A program made the translations under genes and the position numbers. From positions 7,758-71,757 of the IMG/VR virus record IMGVR_UViG_3300024301_000013: DNA of 64,000 nt; one strand, written 5' to 3'. The notes below the pieces were generated by a model. The model was not told where the DNA came from. It saw nothing but the letters and a program-made list of their open reading frames with translations, and did not search any database. Shown piece by piece: positions 59,871 through 64,000 of the stretch (its first letter is position 1; each line of letters opens with the position of its first letter). Source of the DNA: a virus.

Positions 59871-60407
59871 ATGAAAATGGAAAATGAAAAAACAATGTCC
59901 GCTATAACGGATCCAATTAACCCCAGAGTTTTAGATAACAGTATCGTTGAACTCTTGACAAAAAGAATTGCTGATGAATTCGTAGCACACTATTTTTATC
60001 TTTGCGCCTCTAATTGGTGTAATGAACGTGGATATGTGAAAGCTGGTGCATTCTTCAAAAACGAAAGTGATTCAGAACTAGCACACGCACAAGGAATCAT
60101 GGATTATTTGGTGCAATGGAATGTTATACCAACCATCCCAACTGTTAAAACAAATTATGAAATCAGTGATTTGGTGGATATTATTAACTTTGCTTATAAT
60201 CTGGAATATAATTTGTTCTTGGCTTATAATGACATTTCAAAGAATATTCTTCTTAAAGATGTTGCAACGTTTGATTTCTTGCAGAAGTATAGAGAAATTC
60301 AAAATGACAGTGTTAAAGAGTACTCTGATTTGTTAAGCACATTGAGATTGATTGATTATACAGACAAGTATCAATTGCTTTATTTTGAAAATAATTTCTT
60401 CAATTAA
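59871..60407 (+). CDS. ftnA: Non-heme ferritin
   Basis: E..A.YFY, FF..ES.SE..HA, LE, FLQ.Y...Q....E ferroxidase-centre pattern. Confidence 0.8.
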   Translation: MKMENEKTMSAITDPINPRVLDNSIVELLTKRIADEFVAHYFYLCASNWCNERGYVKAGAFFKNESDSELAHAQGIMDYLVQWNVIPTIPTVKTNYEISDLVDIINFAYNLEYNLFLAYNDISKNILLKDVATFDFLQKYREIQNDSVKEYSDLLSTLRLIDYTDKYQLLYFENNFFN

Positions 60408-60439
60408 TTTGCAGATATTGGAAATTGTTCCTATCTTTG
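60408..60439 (+). promoter_or_regulatory. Bacteroidota sigma70-type promoter
   Basis: TTTG-N20-TATCTTTG before ATG 60462. Confidence 0.75.
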
Positions 60440-60461
60440 CATAACAAAATTAAATACATTT

Positions 60462-60707
60462 ATGAAAAAAAATGAATTGAAAAAGGGCTTGGAAACAATG
60501 CCTTCCGAAACAAAACCAACAAGAACCCGAAAGAAAACAGTTGAAGCACCCGTTACAGAAGCAGAACTCCGATCGGCTGAAATTGTTTACGAAAGAAAAG
60601 GGGATAAGTTCCTCAAAACAACGCAAGAGAGGATTGGAAATTTCGGAAATTATATAGTTGAAAACTATATCCGACCGATTAAGATGATTTTCATCAGTCA
60701 AAAATAG
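60462..60707 (+). CDS. Hypothetical protein
   Basis: ORF between promoter and terminator. Confidence 0.55.
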   Translation: MKKNELKKGLETMPSETKPTRTRKKTVEAPVTEAELRSAEIVYERKGDKFLKTTQERIGNFGNYIVENYIRPIKMIFISQK

Positions 60708-60715
60708 TAAATAAG

Positions 60716-60745
60716 AAAACGGCACATCAATTGATGTGCCGTTTT
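60716..60745. terminator. Bidirectional terminator (perfect 30-bp palindrome)
   Basis: AAAACGGCACATCAATTGATGTGCCGTTTT between convergent genes. Confidence 0.88.
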
Positions 60746-60752
60746 TTATTTG

Positions 60753-63700
60753 TTAGCCTAAACTCATTACGTACCAATTTGTTCCGTCTGAAACCAAAGT
60801 ACAAGATGTTTCATCTGCACCTAATATTGCTGTACCAGCACCAGCGAATTTTACAACATTAGCAGATGCCGATGCAACTGTCGAGCTACTTGTTCTTATA
60901 ATCATAATTTCTCTTCTTATCCAAGCTGTTGCATCTGGTAAAGTTAAAGCAACTGTTCCAGATGCAGTACTTACTCTAATCCAAGTATCGTTGTCTCCTA
61001 CAGTATAAGAAGAAGTACTTACTTGCACCAAAGACCCCCTACCAAAAGAACCACTTGTTTCCAGTTTGTTTTTAGGGTTTGTTTCACCTGCACTTACATT
61101 ACCATGTATAAGTGAAATAGTGGTACCAGTATTACCTATAACAGTGGTATTAGAACCAAGACCTCTACCTTGATGACCTATAACAATTTGATTTGTTTGA
61201 CCTGTTGCAGGTACTCTTGTATCGTGACCAATTAAAATTGAGTTATCTAATCTAGTATTTATAGTACCAGCTGTTATGTAATATCCAGCTAAAAATCCTA
61301 TTGATACATTTAAACTACCGTTTGTATTATTAAAACCTGAAGCAGATCCTTGAAAAACATTCCAATTACCAGTAGTATTTGAATGACCCGCTCCAGCTCC
61401 TACAAATGTATTAGAACCACCAGTAGTATTTGAATAACCAGCTCCAACTCCTTGAAAAACATTTTGACTACCCGATCTATTAGTGTAACCTGCTAGATAA
61501 CCTTGAAAGACATTACTATCTCCATTAGTGTTAAAAAAGCCTGTTAGACTTCCTTGAAATGTATTATAGGAACCACCAGTGTTGTAAAGACCGCTATTAA
61601 ATCCTTGAAATAAATTATTACTTCCAGTTGTAGTATATTTTCCAGCGTCAGTTCCCTGAATTAGGTTAGTACCATTAGAATTAAATATTTGCTGGTAAAT
61701 AGTATTATTTGTGCTAGCTCTAACTACAAATAAAGGACTAGTTGGTGAAATAACTTTTACACTTGCAGTAACAGTACCAGTAAAATTATTTGATGGTGTA
61801 ATTACTAAAGCAGATGTATTAATTGTTATACTATCAAAAGTTATTGTTGTATTAGAAGTAATTGTTTGATCTAAAACTCCTCCAAAAGTAACTGTGATAT
61901 TTTGACCGAATATAAGATTTGTAGTAGTTACTACAACCCTATAAATTTGACCATTTAAAGGTGTAAATGCACTAGTTAAAGCTGCGGTGCTACCAGTAGT
62001 GTGTGTGTATCCACTAGCAAAACTTGTTCCAGTCCAGTTTGTACCTGCACCTGTAGTTAACAGTTCAGATCCAAAAGACGGGGTGTCAAAAGCCGCCGAT
62101 GGATTTTGAAATTCAACCGTACCCACAACATCAAGTCTTGATGATGGTGCATTCGTTCCAATACCCACATTACCGTCATCTCTGATCATCAAAGAGTTGC
62201 TGTTTCCAAGAGCATTATGGAATTGCGCCGTCCACGTTGTCGTTCCACTTGGTTGAGAACCAACCACCGCCAATCTAGCTGTTGATCCTGTTGTACCCAC
62301 ACTTAAGTTACCAGCTAAATAGTTATTTGCTGTACCTGCTCCATAAAGGCCCCAACCAGAACTATTATTCCATTCAATTGATCTCCAGTCAAAAGCAGAT
62401 GTTAGTGTGGGATTTACAATGAGCCCTCTTGTTATTCCATTTGCAGTTCCAGTTTGACTGATTATTGGAGCAACGTTTAATACCCTCAACAAAGCCCCCC
62501 CACTTGACGGTGAAAATGTAGCTCCATAAGAAAAAACGTTGAAGGCACCAGAATTACCGCTAAAACCGTTGTTTGACTCTATGACACTTCCAGCTACCCC
62601 ATATCCCCCCTGTAAAAATAAACTTCTCCCTGTAAATGCAGTGTTATTAATATTGCCGATATTATTTGAAATAACTGCTCCAGATCTTGTTATATTAAAC
62701 ACACTGCTACCCCCAACTTGTAAATCCATTAATAAACTATTTGCATTACTAGCAGTATTTGTTATATTAGCTTTAATGAGAGTAGGTGTACCAGCTGTAT
62801 TCCAAGTACCAGTAATATCAATCACACTTTGATCACCAACACCAACAATATTATAACCAGTTATAAAAACACCTCTTTGTCCTTGTTTAGGATTAATTTG
62901 TAATCTAGCATCAGGGCTAGCAGTTCCAATTCCAATATTTCCGTCATTTCTGATCATCAATGAGTTGCTAAGGCCAAGACTGTCTTGGAATTGAGCTGTC
63001 CAATTTGAATCAGATGTATCAGCACCTCTTACATAAAATTTAGCAAGCGGAGCATCTGTATTAACCCCAATATTCCCATCATCCCTGATCATCAGGGAAT
63101 TGCTTGTACCACCGCTATTATGGAATTGTGCGGTCCATCCCGATGCTGTAATACCAGAACCTATGACATGAAGACGAGCATTAGGAGAATCAGTATTAAC
63201 ACCCAAATTTCCAGCCCCATTCAAACGAAAAAGACTTGCTGTTGTTGTACTTCCAGATGGACTTCGTGCAATATCAAAAAAATCTGCACCAGTTCCACCT
63301 CCAAATCTCCACAACCAAGAAGGAATAGCTGTATTGTCTTGAGATACAGGGCTAAAAGGTTGGTAGTTATGAGAAAATAGCACAACTGAAACACCAGCAT
63401 TTATTCTAAACAAAGAATCAGTACTACCATCAATTCTAATTCCCGCATCAGAAGCGCCACCATTAAATCTGCCTCCTCCATTGACATCTAATTCAAAAGC
63501 TGGAGCAGCTCTTTTGATTCCCAATCTACTATTTGTGTTATCCCAAACAAAATTTGAATTACTTGACTGTGTTTGAGTCCCTGTCCAAAAAGTAACCCTA
63601 CCATTAACTCCGCTTCCGCTTAATGGTGTGACATATTGCAGGGCGGTTCCCCCCGAATTAACGGCAAGCACCTGATTTGCGGTTCCCAAGGTATTAAGCC

Positions 63701-63986
63701 CTGTTCCGCCTTTATCAATGGATATTGTGGATCCCGACCATGTTCCTTGGGTGATGGTTCCGAGGGTATTAATATTTGTTGAACCTGTCCATGTTGATAA
63801 TGCGACATTTTCAACATTATTTAACGCCAATATTGCTTTTGCGGTGGCTGCATTTAATTCTTCTATAAGCCCCGCTCCTGCTGTATTTCTTCCCAATAAT
63901 AGATTATTATTGGATACGTTTTGTATCTTCGCATAGGTTATTTGCGAATCAACAATATCTTCTGTTCTTATTTTATTTTGTGGCAT
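60753..63986 (-). CDS. Tail fibre / receptor-binding protein
   Basis: Gly/Asn/Thr-rich; GNVGIGT..P repeats, three WTAQF..NSLMIR.DG repeats, 14-aa NTTG..N.FQG..AG beta-roll repeats, C-terminal LTLPDA..SDGTNW module. Confidence 0.8.
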   Translation of the reverse strand: MPQNKIRTEDIVDSQITYAKIQNVSNNNLLLGRNTAGAGLIEELNAATAKAILALNNVENVALSTWTGSTNINTLGTITQGTWSGSTISIDKGGTGLNTLGTANQVLAVNSGGTALQYVTPLSGSGVNGRVTFWTGTQTQSSNSNFVWDNTNSRLGIKRAAPAFELDVNGGGRFNGGASDAGIRIDGSTDSLFRINAGVSVVLFSHNYQPFSPVSQDNTAIPSWLWRFGGGTGADFFDIARSPSGSTTTASLFRLNGAGNLGVNTDSPNARLHVIGSGITASGWTAQFHNSGGTSNSLMIRDDGNIGVNTDAPLAKFYVRGADTSDSNWTAQFQDSLGLSNSLMIRNDGNIGIGTASPDARLQINPKQGQRGVFITGYNIVGVGDQSVIDITGTWNTAGTPTLIKANITNTASNANSLLMDLQVGGSSVFNITRSGAVISNNIGNINNTAFTGRSLFLQGGYGVAGSVIESNNGFSGNSGAFNVFSYGATFSPSSGGALLRVLNVAPIISQTGTANGITRGLIVNPTLTSAFDWRSIEWNNSSGWGLYGAGTANNYLAGNLSVGTTGSTARLAVVGSQPSGTTTWTAQFHNALGNSNSLMIRDDGNVGIGTNAPSSRLDVVGTVEFQNPSAAFDTPSFGSELLTTGAGTNWTGTSFASGYTHTTGSTAALTSAFTPLNGQIYRVVVTTTNLIFGQNITVTFGGVLDQTITSNTTITFDSITINTSALVITPSNNFTGTVTASVKVISPTSPLFVVRASTNNTIYQQIFNSNGTNLIQGTDAGKYTTTGSNNLFQGFNSGLYNTGGSYNTFQGSLTGFFNTNGDSNVFQGYLAGYTNRSGSQNVFQGVGAGYSNTTGGSNTFVGAGAGHSNTTGNWNVFQGSASGFNNTNGSLNVSIGFLAGYYITAGTINTRLDNSILIGHDTRVPATGQTNQIVIGHQGRGLGSNTTVIGNTGTTISLIHGNVSAGETNPKNKLETSGSFGRGSLVQVSTSSYTVGDNDTWIRVSTASGTVALTLPDATAWIRREIMIIRTSSSTVASASANVVKFAGAGTAILGADETSCTLVSDGTNWYVMSLG

Positions 63987-64000
63987 TTTTTATGAAAAAG

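Larger units (their letters stand above)
33..62234. repeat. Dispersed GC-rich motif TTCGCCGTCCA / TGGACGGCGAA (9-bp core CGCCGTCCA), 32 exact core copies
   Basis: TGGACGGCG starts at 33, 3651, 10049, 10579, 14596, 21788, 24423, 25648, 32295, 37075, 42116, 47456, 58066, 58510. CGCCGTCCA starts at 232, 5641, 5674, 8922, 16915, 17706, 22350, 25018, 28942, 31400, 32421, 38137, 44000, 46462, 54149, 56014, 59212, 62226. Near matches at 10625, 36724, 36905, 40716, 57546. Hand count. Confidence 0.97.

Noticed and set aside
33-62234. Dispersed motif as a CRISPR array or REP/MITE element
   Set aside because: Only 9-11 bp, non-palindromic, kilobases apart, in-frame within genes, with no spacer periodicity or target duplications.
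33-62234. Motif as the Neisseria DNA uptake sequence (GCCGTCTGAA) or E. coli Chi (GCTGGTGG)
   Set aside because: It shares only GCCGTC with DUS, and only a GGTGG flank in some copies with Chi. Promoters point to a Bacteroidota host. Kept as analogy only.
33-62234. Motif as a recurring protein motif (LDGE)
   Set aside because: The same DNA is read as FAV, SPS and WTA, on both strands, and once intergenically.
60753-63986. Diversity-generating retroelement target
   Set aside because: No reverse transcriptase, and no near-identical repeat pair differing only at adenines, was seen in the window.
1-64000. Stop-codon reassignment (common in some large phages)
   Set aside because: Standard-code ORFs tile the window densely, and TAA, TAG and TGA all end genes.
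1-64000. tRNA, rRNA or other structured RNA genes
   Set aside because: Intergenic gaps are short and AT-rich; only terminator hairpins were recognised. The TnpB omegaRNA is inferred, not delimited.

Overview
AT-rich (about 28% GC by eye), densely coding 64-kb segment of a large T4-like/jumbo tailed phage genome using the standard genetic code. The host is very likely Bacteroidota, based on repeated TTTG-N19-21-TAnnTTTG promoters and SprB-like repeats. The window holds a family B DNA polymerase (minus strand, runs off the left edge, absent from the ORF track), dUTPase, a 3'-5' exonuclease, four glycosyltransferases, a gp55-like and a sigma70-like factor, and a baseplate/tail operon with one frameshifted gene. 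It also holds a RuvC / PD-(D/E)XK / Mre11 / Rad50 recombination block, an intact IS607 (tnpA+tnpB) inserted into a terminator hairpin, nucleotide-metabolism genes, ferritin and a tail fibre. The strongest unexplained signal is a GC-rich dispersed motif, TTCGCCGTCCA / TGGACGGCGAA. I counted by hand 32 exact copies of the 9-bp core (22 of the full 11-mer), about one per 2 kb, against roughly 0.02 expected. Copies occur on both strands, in several reading frames and once between genes. Many copies sit at a local strand-composition switch (G/T-rich on the left, A/C-rich on the right). This suggests an undescribed cis-acting site system (Chi-like, break/resection or DNA-organising) whose function cannot be established from sequence alone.
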